The notes: a model not told the origin generated them from the letters alone. A stretch of 63,921 bases of DNA, filler included, from Acidimicrobiia bacterium (GCA_041619515.1; 4 parts of 4 records of this genome joined end to end with filler, not necessarily neighbours in it); one strand, 5' to 3'; shown: positions 23,844 to 34,312, numbered from the whole stretch's first letter. Made by a program: numbers and translations.

Positions 23844-25618
23844 GAACCGCCGGACATGTCGATCACGGGAAGTCGACTCTGATTCAGGCCCTGACCGGGC
23901 GCGACCCGGATCGCCTGGCCGAGGAAAAGGCACGCGGCCTCACCATCGACCTCGGATTCGCCTGGGCCACCCTCCCGTCCGGCACAACGATCGGGTTCGT
24001 CGATGTCCCCGGCCACGAACGATTCATCAAGAACATGCTGGCCGGCATCGAAGCAGTCAACGTCGGGCTGCTGGTGGTGGCGGCCGACGAAGGCTGGATG
24101 CCGCAATCCGAGGAACACCTCGCCGTACTCGACCTGCTGGAGGTCCCCAGGCTGGTGATTGCGCTCACCCGGACCGGACTGGCCGATGCAGAGATGCAGG
24201 AGCTGGCCCTGGCCGAGGTTGAGGAACGGGTCATGGGCACCGTCGCGTCTACCGCCCCGATCATTCCCGTCGACTCGATCTCGCGGGACGGCATCGATGC
24301 GCTGATCGCGGCACTCGAGGAGGCTGTGGATGCCACCTCCGTCCCCGACATCGGGCGGCCCCGCCTGTGGGTGGATCGCTCGTTCAGCATCCCGGGGGCC
24401 GGCACCGTCGTCACCGGCACGCTGGTGGACGGCTCCCTGACGTTGGGGGACGAGGTGGCCGTACTGCCGGCCGGGGTGACCAGTCGCATCCGGGGAATCC
24501 AGAGCCACGAGAGGGTGGTCGAACAAGCCGGGCCGGGGACGCGCACCGCCGTAAATCTCAGCGGCCTGGAGACGGCTGCCATCGCTCGCGGAGCCATGCT
24601 CGGCCGGGTGGGCGACTGGGCTCCCACCTCTCGCACCCTGGTCGCTCTGCGAACCGTGCGCAGCCTGACTGCGCCGATCAGGGACCGCGGCGCCTATCAC
24701 CTCCACATCGGAAGCGGCTCGTGGCCGGCCCGAATCCGCTTGCTGGAGGGCCCGGAGTTGACCGGGTCGGGTCATGCCGTCATCACCACCCGCTCACCGA
24801 TTCCCATCACCATCGGTGACCGCTTCATCCTGCGCGAGGTGGGAAGGCGAGCGGTGGTGGGCGGCGGCCGGGTCCTGGAACCGGCCCCACCAGATCGCGT
24901 CCGGGCCACCGATACCGGGCGACTCGAGGGCCTGCTGGATGCTTCGCCCGACGAGCAGGCCTCCGGTCTCCTGGCCGGCCGGGGTGTGGCCGACATCGCC
25001 ACCCTGGCCGCGCACGCTCGAGGCGGGGTTCCGCCTCACGCGGTGGTCGGTGGGGGGTTGGCCCTGGACCCGGACGAGGCGGCTCGCCTGACGGACGCGG
25101 CCGCGGCGGCGGTGGAGGAATACCAGTCGCAGCATCCGCTCCGCCCGGGGATGCCCAAGGCCAGCCTGGCCAGCCGCCTCGGCATCCAGCTGGAGCTACT
25201 GTCGATCCTGTTGGGGCGAACCGACCGCCTCGATGAGTCCGGAGGCGGTGTGGCCACCACCGGCTACACGGTGAGCTTTGACCCGGACCAGCAGCAGGAA
25301 TGGGAAGCCGCCCGCCGACGATTGCAGGCCGGCTTGGCGGTACCGACCCTCGCCGAGCTGGGATTGCCGACCGAGCTGGTCTACGCCCTGGTGCGGGCCG
25401 GCTCGCTGGTACGGATCAGCAGCGAGCTTGTCTATCTGCCCGACCAGATCGACGACATGGTCGGCCGATTGGGAGAGCTGCCGGCGGGTTTCACCGTGGC
25501 AGAGTTCCGCGACCTGTACGGGCTGACCCGCAAATATGCCGTGCCGCTTCTCGAATGGCTGGATGCCGAGGGACACACGATCCGGAGCGGCAACGAGCGC
25601 ACGGTCCGGCACCCGTAG
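23831..25618 (+). CDS. selB: Selenocysteine-specific elongation factor
   Basis: GTAGHVDHGKS, RGLTIDLGFA, DVPGHERFIKNM; C-terminal winged helix TRKYAVPLLEWLD. Confidence 0.97.
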   Translation: MPIVGTAGHVDHGKSTLIQALTGRDPDRLAEEKARGLTIDLGFAWATLPSGTTIGFVDVPGHERFIKNMLAGIEAVNVGLLVVAADEGWMPQSEEHLAVLDLLEVPRLVIALTRTGLADAEMQELALAEVEERVMGTVASTAPIIPVDSISRDGIDALIAALEEAVDATSVPDIGRPRLWVDRSFSIPGAGTVVTGTLVDGSLTLGDEVAVLPAGVTSRIRGIQSHERVVEQAGPGTRTAVNLSGLETAAIARGAMLGRVGDWAPTSRTLVALRTVRSLTAPIRDRGAYHLHIGSGSWPARIRLLEGPELTGSGHAVITTRSPIPITIGDRFILREVGRRAVVGGGRVLEPAPPDRVRATDTGRLEGLLDASPDEQASGLLAGRGVADIATLAAHARGGVPPHAVVGGGLALDPDEAARLTDAAAAAVEEYQSQHPLRPGMPKASLASRLGIQLELLSILLGRTDRLDESGGGVATTGYTVSFDPDQQQEWEAARRRLQAGLAVPTLAELGLPTELVYALVRAGSLVRISSELVYLPDQIDDMVGRLGELPAGFTVAEFRDLYGLTRKYAVPLLEWLDAEGHTIRSGNERTVRHP

Positions 25619-25632
25619 CGTCACCACAGGAA

Positions 25633-25899
25633 CTAGAGCGAGGTTATCCCCTGGGCGATGAGCTGGCGGCGCTCGGTCTCGGTGTAGCCGCCCCAGATGC
25701 CGTACGGCTCGCGGATCTCCATGGCGTACTCGGTACATTCCCGCCGCACCGGGCACACTGCGCAGATGGCCCGTGCCTTTGCTTCGCGCCGCTCCCGCTC
25801 GTCCTTCCGCTCGATCGTGCTCGGGGGAAAGAACAGATGGGCCTGATTGCCCCGGCAGAGGCCGTCGCCCTGCCAATCTCTGCTCGGTGCCACAGTCAC
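25633..25899 (-). CDS. WhiB-family Fe-S transcription factor
   Basis: C-x-CAVCPV-x-C, GIWGG; AGGAGG RBS. Confidence 0.93.
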   Translation of the reverse strand: MTVAPSRDWQGDGLCRGNQAHLFFPPSTIERKDERERREAKARAICAVCPVRRECTEYAMEIREPYGIWGGYTETERRQLIAQGITSL

Positions 25900-25974
25900 C
25901 AGCGTGCTCCTCCTGTGTTAGCTGAATCGACGCTACCAACCAGAACGCGAATTCGCCAGGAAAATGCTGGGAGA

Positions 25975-27234
25975 TTATTCTACGGGGTCGACCTCGAGCG
26001 TGAAGCCCTCGACCGCGGCAATCACTACGTTATCGCCGGGCCCGATGCCGGAAGCGCGCCGCGAGTTGGCCTTCCAGCGGGCACCATCGACCAGGACCAC
26101 CCCCTCGGGGGCGATGGCGGTCTCTGCTGTGCCCGTCTTGCCGATCAGGTGCTCGCGGCCGATGGTCGGCGTGGAAAAGCGGGCCCGGACCACGGTGGTC
26201 ATCCCGAAGAGGAAGAAGAGGGCGACTGCCAGCACAATGAGAAGCGCGCTCCACCACGCCATCGACAGTTGCGGTGGCTCGTGGACGAAGTAGCGGGCCC
26301 CGATCACCATCGCAACCGTTCCCACCAGTGAGGCCAGCCGAAGCTGGATTCGCTGGAAGTCGAACACGTAGAGGCCCAGGCCGAGCACGCCGAGCACCAG
26401 CGCCCACCAGTTGACGGGGAGAACGGCAATGCCGTATCCGCTGAGGAACAGCGTGAGAACAGCCACTGCGGCCGCCACACCGACCCCGGCCGCGTAGAAC
26501 TCGAAGGCCGCCACCGACAAGCCGATCAGCAAGAACAGATAAGCGATGGCCGGGGAGAGACTGAGGCGGAGTGCCCGATCGACGAATCCCTGTTCGTGAA
26601 ATCGAGTGGGTATCGGCCGCCGCCGCTCGACGCCGTCGTCGTCGAAGGGCTCGGTGATGCCGATGGTTCGCTCGGCGTCGCGCACCAGCACGGTCCGGCC
26701 GTCCAGGGCCTGGACGATGTTGGTGAGGGCCGGATGGACTTCGTCCACCACCCCGTCAATCGGCCCGTCGACGGATAGGCGCGAGTAGAGCAGGTCTGCC
26801 CGGCCGAGCGTCTCGGTGAATGGCCACACCACCGGAAGACTTCCGTGACGATCGGGAATGGCGGCGCCGATCTTGACACCGGGGGCCGCCAGGCGGATAT
26901 CGGCAGCAGCCAGCAAGCTGAGCCCACCACCGTACGCGACTGCCGTCTCCGGTCCGACCCACACGGCCAGGGGCACGGGCGGCCGCGCCATTGCGCCGAT
27001 CAGGTCCGAGATTCGATCGGACAGCGCCGCCGGCGAATCGAGCTGGATGATGATGAGCTCCGACGTTGAAGCCACCTCTTCGATGGTGTCGATGGTGAAG
27101 TCGATGATCCGCTCGTCGAGCGGGCCACTCACTTTGATGACGTCGATGAACCGATCCTGCTGCGCCGCCGCCCGACTTCCGGCGGGCACCAGCATCCCGG
27201 CGAGCGCGACGAGCAGGATCAGACGGCGGAACAT
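25975..27234 (-). CDS. NfeD-family membrane protein (long form)
   Basis: QLDSP ClpP-like N-domain, TM region, C-terminal OB fold (G-TAETAIAPEGVV-VDGARWKA). Confidence 0.85.
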   Translation of the reverse strand: MFRRLILLVALAGMLVPAGSRAAAQQDRFIDVIKVSGPLDERIIDFTIDTIEEVASTSELIIIQLDSPAALSDRISDLIGAMARPPVPLAVWVGPETAVAYGGGLSLLAAADIRLAAPGVKIGAAIPDRHGSLPVVWPFTETLGRADLLYSRLSVDGPIDGVVDEVHPALTNIVQALDGRTVLVRDAERTIGITEPFDDDGVERRRPIPTRFHEQGFVDRALRLSLSPAIAYLFLLIGLSVAAFEFYAAGVGVAAAVAVLTLFLSGYGIAVLPVNWWALVLGVLGLGLYVFDFQRIQLRLASLVGTVAMVIGARYFVHEPPQLSMAWWSALLIVLAVALFFLFGMTTVVRARFSTPTIGREHLIGKTGTAETAIAPEGVVLVDGARWKANSRRASGIGPGDNVVIAAVEGFTLEVDPVE

Positions 27235-27323
27235 GTGGTGATTGTACGGAGACCGGGCCGGGAGGCGTCCGGGAACCCCAGGGGTGCCGCCGACCGTCGA
27301 TAGGGGAGGTACGGGAGGCCACG

Positions 27324-28793
27324 ATGACAGCAGGTGTCGAGCCCTGGGAAGACGACCGCTTCGACGCGGTCCTGGAGCGCCCGCTGGCCGTGTGGGCGGC
27401 AGCGGCCGGAGTGGCCGGGGCCGCCGAGCTGCTCCTCCACAACTCGCTGTTTCACGGAGCCCCTCTCGGCATCGGCTTCACGCTCGCCGTCATGGCGACG
27501 GCGGTCCTCCTTGCATCCTCCGGGCCGCTCACCGGGGTGGCACCCAGCGTCCCGACCCGCCTGTTCGCGGCCGCCATGGCTGTTTTCGGGTTGTTTGTGA
27601 CCTTCCGGGCCTCGCCGGTTCTCACCACCCTGAACGTGATCACGGTTCTTGCGCTGCTCTTCGGCGCCGCCTTTCTCTACTCCACAGGACGGCTCCAGGA
27701 TCTTCATCTGATGGACTATCCGCGTGCCGGCCTGGTGACTGCCACCGAAGCGATCATCCAGACCGGCCTCTTCTTCCGGGTCGACCTTCCGATGGCCCAG
27801 CTGCAACCGGTGAGGAGCTGGCAGCGAGTGCGTCCCTACCTCCGGGGCGTCGTCATCGCGCTCGTCCCGATGGCGGTGTTCGCGGCCCTATTCGCTTCCG
27901 CCGACGCAATCTTCGCCACCTGGCTGCACGCCCTGGTAGGTATCGATATCGGCTTCGGAACCCTTGCCTGGTCCATCGTGCTGATCGTCCTCATCGGCTG
28001 GATTCTCATCGGCCTCCTGCGCTACGGCTCGTCTGCCAAGGGCATGGAGCGGCTCGAACGGCCGGAAGGCATGCACCTGGGAGCCAAGGAGGCATTCACC
28101 GTCCTGGCGCTCGTGAATGCACTGTTCCTCGTGTTCGTCGGAGTGCAGTTCCGATACCTGTTTGGAGGAGCCAGCGTCATCGAGGGGGCCGGGAACCTCA
28201 CCCGGGCCGAGTACGCACGCGAGGGGTTCTTCCAACTCGTGATCGTGGCAGGGTTTGTTCTGGCCCTGATCCTGCTCCTCGACTGGTGGACCCGTCCGGC
28301 GGGGGCCAGGGCGTCCCGGCGAGTCAACCAGCTGCAGGCCGGGCTGGTCATGCTCACCACCCTCGTGCTGGCCAGCGCCCTCGAGCGCATGCGTCTCTAC
28401 GTCGACGAGTTCGGGCTCACGCAGCTGCGCTTCTATGCGCTGGCAGTGATGCTTTGGATCGGCTTCCTCCTGGTGTGGGCGTTGGCGACCGTGCTCCCCG
28501 GCCGTCGAGCGCTGTTCGGGACCGGCGCCTTTCTCTCGGCACTCGTGATGGTCGCCGGGCTGAACTTCGTCAACCCCGACGCGACGATCGCCCGCGTCAA
28601 CATCGATCGATTCGTGAACCACGGCGCAGCCATCGACCTCGAATACCTCACCCATCGACTCAGCGCCGACGCAGTCCCGGTGCTCAACACCTCAGCCGAA
28701 ATGGTTCCCCGCCTGGTTGTGCCGGCCGACGACACCCCAGGCCCCCGCGACTGGCGGAACTTCAACCTGAGCCGCTCGCGGGCGGGCGGCTAG
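27324..28793 (+). CDS. DUF4153/DUF4173-like membrane protein
   Basis: LFASADAIF, EYAREGFFQL, RMRLYVDEFGLTQLR, LSADAVP. Confidence 0.8.
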   Translation: MTAGVEPWEDDRFDAVLERPLAVWAAAAGVAGAAELLLHNSLFHGAPLGIGFTLAVMATAVLLASSGPLTGVAPSVPTRLFAAAMAVFGLFVTFRASPVLTTLNVITVLALLFGAAFLYSTGRLQDLHLMDYPRAGLVTATEAIIQTGLFFRVDLPMAQLQPVRSWQRVRPYLRGVVIALVPMAVFAALFASADAIFATWLHALVGIDIGFGTLAWSIVLIVLIGWILIGLLRYGSSAKGMERLERPEGMHLGAKEAFTVLALVNALFLVFVGVQFRYLFGGASVIEGAGNLTRAEYAREGFFQLVIVAGFVLALILLLDWWTRPAGARASRRVNQLQAGLVMLTTLVLASALERMRLYVDEFGLTQLRFYALAVMLWIGFLLVWALATVLPGRRALFGTGAFLSALVMVAGLNFVNPDATIARVNIDRFVNHGAAIDLEYLTHRLSADAVPVLNTSAEMVPRLVVPADDTPGPRDWRNFNLSRSRAGG

Positions 28794-28876
28794 CCCGACG
28801 ATTCCGCCCGTTCCAATGGCCGGGCCCCGCCCGGTCCGCCCTGTGGAGACTGGTTGCCCTCGACTACCCTGCCGGT

Positions 28877-29263
28877 ATGCCGCGGATCCTCGTCGTCGCC
28901 GATACTCCCTGGGTCAAGAGCGACGTCCACGCCGCTCTCAGCCTGCCCGGTTTCGAACTGCAGGATCACGCCGACCCCCGCACCCTGACGGCGGCGGTGA
29001 AGGAGTTCGAGCCCGACGTCGCCGTCATCGATCTGCAGGTGGCGGCAATGGGCGGCATGGCCATGGCGAGAGCTTTGAAGGAAGCGTCGCTGGCCGCTGG
29101 TTTCCCCGATGTCCCCGTCGTGCTGCTGCTCGATCGCAGCGCCGACGCCTTTCTCGCCAAGCGCTCGGCCGCCAGCGCCTGGGTGGTGAAGCCGTTCAAC
29201 GCCACCGAGCTGCGGACGGCCATCGGCAACCTCCTCACTGAGGAGACGGCAGCCGGGACGTGA
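28877..29263 (+). CDS. Stand-alone response regulator receiver protein
   Basis: ILVVAD, VIDLQV, VVKPF; about 128 aa, no output domain. Confidence 0.85.
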   Translation: MPRILVVADTPWVKSDVHAALSLPGFELQDHADPRTLTAAVKEFEPDVAVIDLQVAAMGGMAMARALKEASLAAGFPDVPVVLLLDRSADAFLAKRSAASAWVVKPFNATELRTAIGNLLTEETAAGT

Positions 29264-30504
29264 GCGGCCTCCAACTGCTGTACGTCGTCATCCTCGCCGT
29301 GTGCGTGGCGGCGTCGGGATTCTTCTCCGGGTCGGAGACGGCCATCATCGGCATTCAGCGCGAGCGGGTGCATCAGCTCGCCACCCGCGACCGGCGGGGC
29401 CGCAAGCTGGAGGCCTTGCTCGACGAGCCCGACCGCACCCTCAGCACGCTGTTGATCGCCAACAACTTCGTGAACATTCTCGCGGCCTCCATTGCCACGG
29501 TCCTCTTCATCGACCTGGCAGGAGAGTCGTGGGGCCCGTGGATCGTCACGTTTGCCCTCACCGCGATCGTCCTCGTGTTCGGGGAGATCGGCCCCAAGAC
29601 CCTGGCTCATCGGTATCCGGAGGGCTTCTCGCTCTTTGTCGCCGGCCCGATTTCACTCCTCTCCCGGTTACTTCAGCCCATCAGCGCCGCCTTCACTTTC
29701 TTCAACCGCGGGTTGTTCTGGCTGTTTCGAGTCGACATCAACAGCGAGCTCGCCGCCGTCACCGAGGACGACATCCGGGCTCTTGCCGCACTCAGTGAGC
29801 GGTCGGGCGAGATCGAGGCTGCCGAGCGCGAGATAATCGACGCCCTCTTCCAGCTGGCCGATCGGCCGATTCGCGAGGTCATGACCCCTCGAGTCGACAT
29901 CGTCTCGCTGACTCTGCCGCTCACCATGGCGCTGGTGCAGGACGCGGCCAGCGCCACCGGGCACAGCCGCTTTCCGGTGATCGCCGGCACCCACGACGAG
30001 ATCCTCGGGATACTCGCCGTCAAGGACCTCCTCCAGCTGGGGGCGGAGGCGTCGTCGGCAGACATGGCCAACCTGCTCCGTCCACCCACCTACATCCCGG
30101 AGTCGCGGCCGGTGCTTTCGGTGCTCCAGGAGATGCGTCACAGCCGGTTCGGGTTTGGTGTCGTCGTCGACGAGCACGGCGGGGTCGAAGGCATCGTCAC
30201 CACCAAAGATGTGATCGCAGAGCTGGTCGGCGCCCTCCAGGATGAGTACGACCCCACAATCCCCTCCCTCGTTCCGGCCGGGCCCAAGCGCTGGGTCGTC
30301 GACGGTCGGACTGATATCGGCGAGCTCGAGTCGGCAATCGGCCGGTCACTCCCCCGCGGAGACTTTTCGACGGTGGCCGGGCTCTTCATGGATGCAGCCG
30401 GGCGCATCCCCGACGAAGGCGACCACATCGAGGTCGACGGAGTGATGATGACAATCCTGCTCATGGATCGCAGACGCATTGCCAGGTTGCGAATCGAAAC
30501 CTGA
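29260..30504 (+). CDS. Hemolysin/CNNM-CBS-CorC family protein
   Basis: FFSGSETA, GEIGPK, VMTPRVDI, VDEHGG. Confidence 0.92.
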   Translation: MSGLQLLYVVILAVCVAASGFFSGSETAIIGIQRERVHQLATRDRRGRKLEALLDEPDRTLSTLLIANNFVNILAASIATVLFIDLAGESWGPWIVTFALTAIVLVFGEIGPKTLAHRYPEGFSLFVAGPISLLSRLLQPISAAFTFFNRGLFWLFRVDINSELAAVTEDDIRALAALSERSGEIEAAEREIIDALFQLADRPIREVMTPRVDIVSLTLPLTMALVQDAASATGHSRFPVIAGTHDEILGILAVKDLLQLGAEASSADMANLLRPPTYIPESRPVLSVLQEMRHSRFGFGVVVDEHGGVEGIVTTKDVIAELVGALQDEYDPTIPSLVPAGPKRWVVDGRTDIGELESAIGRSLPRGDFSTVAGLFMDAAGRIPDEGDHIEVDGVMMTILLMDRRRIARLRIET

Positions 30505-30521
30505 CGAGAGAGGGAGGAATT

Positions 30522-30983
30522 GTGCGAAAGACCATGCCGGTGGACAGACTGGGCGAGCTGGTCGGGAAGGAGCTGGGCCGGTCGGATTGGATGACCATCG
30601 ATCAGGACCGCATCAACGCCTTCGCCGATGCCACCGAAGACCACCAGTTCATCCATGTGGATCCCGAGGCTGCCGGGGCGACTCCCTGGGGCACGACGAT
30701 CGCCCATGGATTTCTCACGCTGTCCCTGCTTCCCCACCTGACCGCCGGGGTCGGGATCGTTCCGGAGGGCACGACGATGGCCATCAACTACGGAGCCGAC
30801 CGGATCCGGTTTGTCGAGCCTGTTCGCGTAGGAAGTGAGATCCGCGCCGCCGTGCGGCTGGTCGACGTCACCGACAAGGGCGGGGGCCGGTATCTCTTCA
30901 AGACCGACGTCACCGTCGAGATCAAGGGCTCGGAGAAACCAGCGTTGGTGGCGGAAACACTGTCGATGTTCGTCGTCGCCTGA
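30522..30983 (+). CDS. MaoC-family dehydratase
   Basis: FADATEDHQFIHVDP, TIAHGFLTLSL. Confidence 0.92.
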   Translation: MRKTMPVDRLGELVGKELGRSDWMTIDQDRINAFADATEDHQFIHVDPEAAGATPWGTTIAHGFLTLSLLPHLTAGVGIVPEGTTMAINYGADRIRFVEPVRVGSEIRAAVRLVDVTDKGGGRYLFKTDVTVEIKGSEKPALVAETLSMFVVA

Positions 30984-31099
30984 GCCGTGGGCGGGCGAGG
31001 GTAGGGTCACCACGCACGGCCGCCCGATCGAAGCCAGGAGGAGCAATGCCAGGAGCCATCAGCACGGGTACCGCCGGCACCGGCAGGAGCGCCTGAGAC

Positions 31100-32074
31100 A
31101 TGCGTGCCGTCGTATGCACCGAGTACGGACCGGCCGAACGGCTGGAGGTGCTCGACGTCCCCGCCCCCGAGCCGGGGCCCGGCGAGGTGTTGATCGAGGT
31201 GCGTGCGGCAGGATTGAACTTCCCGGACACGCTGCTCGTCGAGGGCAAATACCAGGTCCGGCCGGACCTGCCCTTCACTCCCGGCTCGGAAGCAGCCGGG
31301 GTCGTGGCGGCGGTGGGCGGCGGAGTCACGGACATCGAGGTCGGCTCCCGGGTCATCTCGATTGGCACCGGCGGCGCCTTTGCCGAGATGTGGAGCGTGC
31401 CGGCCCACACGGTGATGCCGATCCCCGAGCAGCTTGGCTTCGAGGAGGCTGCCGGCTTCGGGCTGACCTACGGCACCGCCTACTACGCATTCACCCAGCG
31501 CGCCTCCCTGCAGCCCGGGGAGACGGTTCTGGTGCTGGGGGCTGCCGGAGGCGTCGGGTCGGCGGCCGTCGAAATCGCCAAGTCCATCGGGGCTCGGGTG
31601 ATCGCGGCCGCCTCAACCGACGAGAAACTCGCCTTCGCCCGGGAGCTGGGCGCTGATTTCGGGATCAACTACTCCCGCGACGACCTGCGCACGAGCATCA
31701 AGGAGATCACCACCGGCGCCGGTGTCGACGTCGTCTTCGACCCCGTCGGCGGGGACCTCTCCGAGCCTGCTCTCCGGTCGACGGCCTGGAACGGCCGGTT
31801 CCTGGTGATCGGCTTCGCCTCCGGAACCATTCCCTCGATTCCGCTCAACCTCACCCTGTTGAAGGGCGTCTCGGTGGTTGGTGTGTTTTGGGGAAGCTGG
31901 GTCGAGCGGGATCCGGCCGGTGCGGCCGGGAACTTCGAGGAGCTGTTCGGCCTGGTGGCAGCGGGCAAGCTGCGGCCCCGGGTCACCGATACCTATCGGC
32001 TGGAAGACTGCGCCGAGGCCTTCGGTGCCCTCACCGGGCGACTCGCCACCGGCAAGGTGGTGCTCACCGTCTGA
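31100..32074 (+). CDS. NADPH:quinone oxidoreductase (zeta-crystallin family)
   Basis: GLNFPD, PFTPGSE, GAAGGVG, DPVGG. Confidence 0.92.
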   Translation: MRAVVCTEYGPAERLEVLDVPAPEPGPGEVLIEVRAAGLNFPDTLLVEGKYQVRPDLPFTPGSEAAGVVAAVGGGVTDIEVGSRVISIGTGGAFAEMWSVPAHTVMPIPEQLGFEEAAGFGLTYGTAYYAFTQRASLQPGETVLVLGAAGGVGSAAVEIAKSIGARVIAAASTDEKLAFARELGADFGINYSRDDLRTSIKEITTGAGVDVVFDPVGGDLSEPALRSTAWNGRFLVIGFASGTIPSIPLNLTLLKGVSVVGVFWGSWVERDPAGAAGNFEELFGLVAAGKLRPRVTDTYRLEDCAEAFGALTGRLATGKVVLTV

Positions 32075-32124
32075 ACCGGAGCGCCGGATTCCCCGGCCCC
32101 GTTGGCATGCCGCTCAGGCCCGTC

Positions 32125-32901
32125 CTAATCGCTGCCACCCCGAGGCGCCCACGCCGGCGGCCGCTTCTCCAGGAATGCCGACATGCCCTCGGCGGCTTCC
32201 GGCCCGGCGAACAGGGCGGCCGACAGGTCGCCTGCCCAGGCCAGCGCCTCATCGAAGCTCATGGACGGGACGTTGGCCACCAGCTGCTTGCAGGCGGCGA
32301 GAGCCGCGGGTCCCCCGAGCATGAGATCGTCGACAACCTCCCGCACCCTCGTGTCGAGCTCACCGCCGGGAACCGCCTCGTTGATGAGGCCGAGGCGAGC
32401 AGCCTCGGGAGCGAGGAAGCGCCGTCCGCCGAGGAACGCCGCCGCCGCCTCCGCTCGTGGCATCTTGGGCAGGCAGACGACCGCGATGACGGCGGGAGCC
32501 ACCCCAACCCGTACCTCGGTGAAGCCCATCCGGGCATCCTCGGCGGCGATCGAAATGTCCATCGCAGCCGCCAGACCCATTCCACCGGCGATGGCGTGAC
32601 CTGCGATCCGGCCGACGAACGGCTTGGGCGAGGCGATGATGCGGCGAAAGAGGTCCGTCATCAGCCGGGTGGTTCCGGTGGCACCCCCTGAGCTCCGCTC
32701 CCGCAGGTCGGCGCCCGCAGAGAAGACCGGCCCCCGGTTCGTCACCACGACCACCCGGGTATCCGCCCGGCCCTCGGCCTCGTCTATGGCCTCGATCAGC
32801 TCCCGGAGCAGAGGGGCGGACAGGGCGTTGCGGTTCTCCTCGTCGACCAGGGTGATGGTGAACACACCGTCTGCCAGCGAACGGTTCACCGTGCCCGTCA
32901 T
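32125..32901 (-). CDS. Enoyl-CoA hydratase/isomerase (methylglutaconyl-CoA hydratase-like)
   Basis: FSAGADL, AGGMGLAAA, FTEVRVGVAPAVI. Confidence 0.9.
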   Translation of the reverse strand: MTGTVNRSLADGVFTITLVDEENRNALSAPLLRELIEAIDEAEGRADTRVVVVTNRGPVFSAGADLRERSSGGATGTTRLMTDLFRRIIASPKPFVGRIAGHAIAGGMGLAAAMDISIAAEDARMGFTEVRVGVAPAVIAVVCLPKMPRAEAAAAFLGGRRFLAPEAARLGLINEAVPGGELDTRVREVVDDLMLGGPAALAACKQLVANVPSMSFDEALAWAGDLSAALFAGPEAAEGMSAFLEKRPPAWAPRGGSD

Positions 32902-33052
32902 GATGCTCTCACGGAAGCCATCTTATGATCGTGCCCGTTCCGGGTGGTTCGGGCCGCCGGTCCCCTTCGCCCAAGCAGAGCCGTCCGAGGGTGTGGGACA
33001 TCCACGAGGCGCCGGCCCGAAGCTTGTCGATGAGCCTCTGGCCGGCGCCTGT

Positions 33053-33129
33053 TGGTCGGGACGGCGGGATTTGAACCCGCGACCTCATCGTCCCGAACGA
33101 TGCGCGCTACCAAGCTGCGCCACGTCCCG
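33053..33129 (-). tRNA. tRNA-Pro (anticodon CGG)
   Basis: Reverse complement CGGGACGTGGCGCAGCTTGGTAGCGCGCATCGTTCGGGACGATGAGGTCGCGGGTTCAAATCCCGCCGTCCCGACCA; full cloverleaf with encoded CCA. Confidence 0.97.
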
Positions 33130-33172
33130 AAGGACGGCAGTGTAGTAGCGGCGGGCGACTCCCGGCTGCCCG

Positions 33173-34198
33173 CTATGCGTAGCGGGTGGGGACGGCCCTC
33201 GCCTCTGATTCCCAGCTGAGAGCGCGATCGTGCTTGAAGGACGTGCGTTCTTCGATCTCCTCGCTGAGACCACCCTGGACCACCTTCAGCACCACCGGGT
33301 CGCGTACCAGCTGTTCCGGCTCGTCCCGGCGCTCGGAGCCGGCGTCGGTCAGCCGCCCGAGTCGAGTGAACATCCGCCGGTTGCGCCACGGGTCCACCAC
33401 CAGCTCCTCGAGCAGGGGCCCGCCGCCGGGGTAGAGCACCTCGAGACAGCGGACCAATCCCCGGACCGCCGCCGCCTGCCAGCGCCGGGCATCGACCGAT
33501 GCGAGCGACCGTGCAACCGAGTCGGGATGCAGCTCGACGAGATGGGACCTCCGGCCGGCTCCGTCGTAGACGTGGGAGGCCAGCTTCTCGACCCCGAGGC
33601 TGGCCTGCCCGATCACGATGATGACGTCCCTGCGGATGTCGAGGGACGTGTCGACACCCCACCCGACGACGAGCACGTCGGCAAGGGCCAAGCCGGTCTC
33701 GTTGAGTGCCAGCCGCTGCGCTTCCAGATAGGGGTCGCAGGCCCCCGGCACGGTTCCGACGGCGCTGGCGGTGAACGAGGGGACGGGATCGCCGAATCGG
33801 TCTTGCACGATCGTCCACGGCCGGCCGGTTCCATCGGTGGCAACCACCCACAGCACCATCTCGACGAGATGGCCGGGCCGATATCGGGCCGCCAGCCGCG
33901 CTGCAATCTCACGCGGCCTGCGGTCCAGGACCTCGCTGACCGGCCGGAATGGCAGATGCTCCCCGGCAAATGCCCAACCCGCCGCCACCGGGTGCGACGG
34001 CTCGGGAGCCGGCTCGGGCCGGTGCTTCATCGCCGTGATCGCGGCCAGCGCGGCCCCGGCGAGCACGGAGGCGGCCGGGCTCCAGCGGGCGATGAGACCG
34101 AGGGCGGCGACAACGGCCGCTCCGGTCACGAGAATGCGGCTCTGGACACGCCGCACCCCCCAAATCCTGAACCCCGTCAACAGGCTGTCTCTCAACAT
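33173..34198 (-). CDS. Uncharacterised protein with two N-terminal TM helices; paralog of 34736-35689
   Basis: Long ORF with shared blocks LWVVATD, DPY, VVGWG, MFTRL; start uncertain (34198 or 34240). Confidence 0.75.
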   Translation of the reverse strand: MLRDSLLTGFRIWGVRRVQSRILVTGAAVVAALGLIARWSPAASVLAGAALAAITAMKHRPEPAPEPSHPVAAGWAFAGEHLPFRPVSEVLDRRPREIAARLAARYRPGHLVEMVLWVVATDGTGRPWTIVQDRFGDPVPSFTASAVGTVPGACDPYLEAQRLALNETGLALADVLVVGWGVDTSLDIRRDVIIVIGQASLGVEKLASHVYDGAGRRSHLVELHPDSVARSLASVDARRWQAAAVRGLVRCLEVLYPGGGPLLEELVVDPWRNRRMFTRLGRLTDAGSERRDEPEQLVRDPVVLKVVQGGLSEEIEERTSFKHDRALSWESEARAVPTRYA

Positions 34199-34262
34199 CA
34201 CGGTGCTACCTCGCTCTGGCCCCCGTCTAGCCAAAGCCACGCACCGTGGCCTTCTGAGATGA

Positions 34263-34285
34263 GACTACCACTGAGGGTGGTAGTC
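34263..34285. promoter_or_regulatory. Perfect inverted repeat (operator or hairpin)
   Basis: GACTACCAC-TGAGG-GTGGTAGTC; a second palindrome TGACTAGTCA lies at 34299-34308. Confidence 0.45.
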
Positions 34286-34312
34286 CGCCCACCCAAAATG
34301 ACTAGTCACCGG

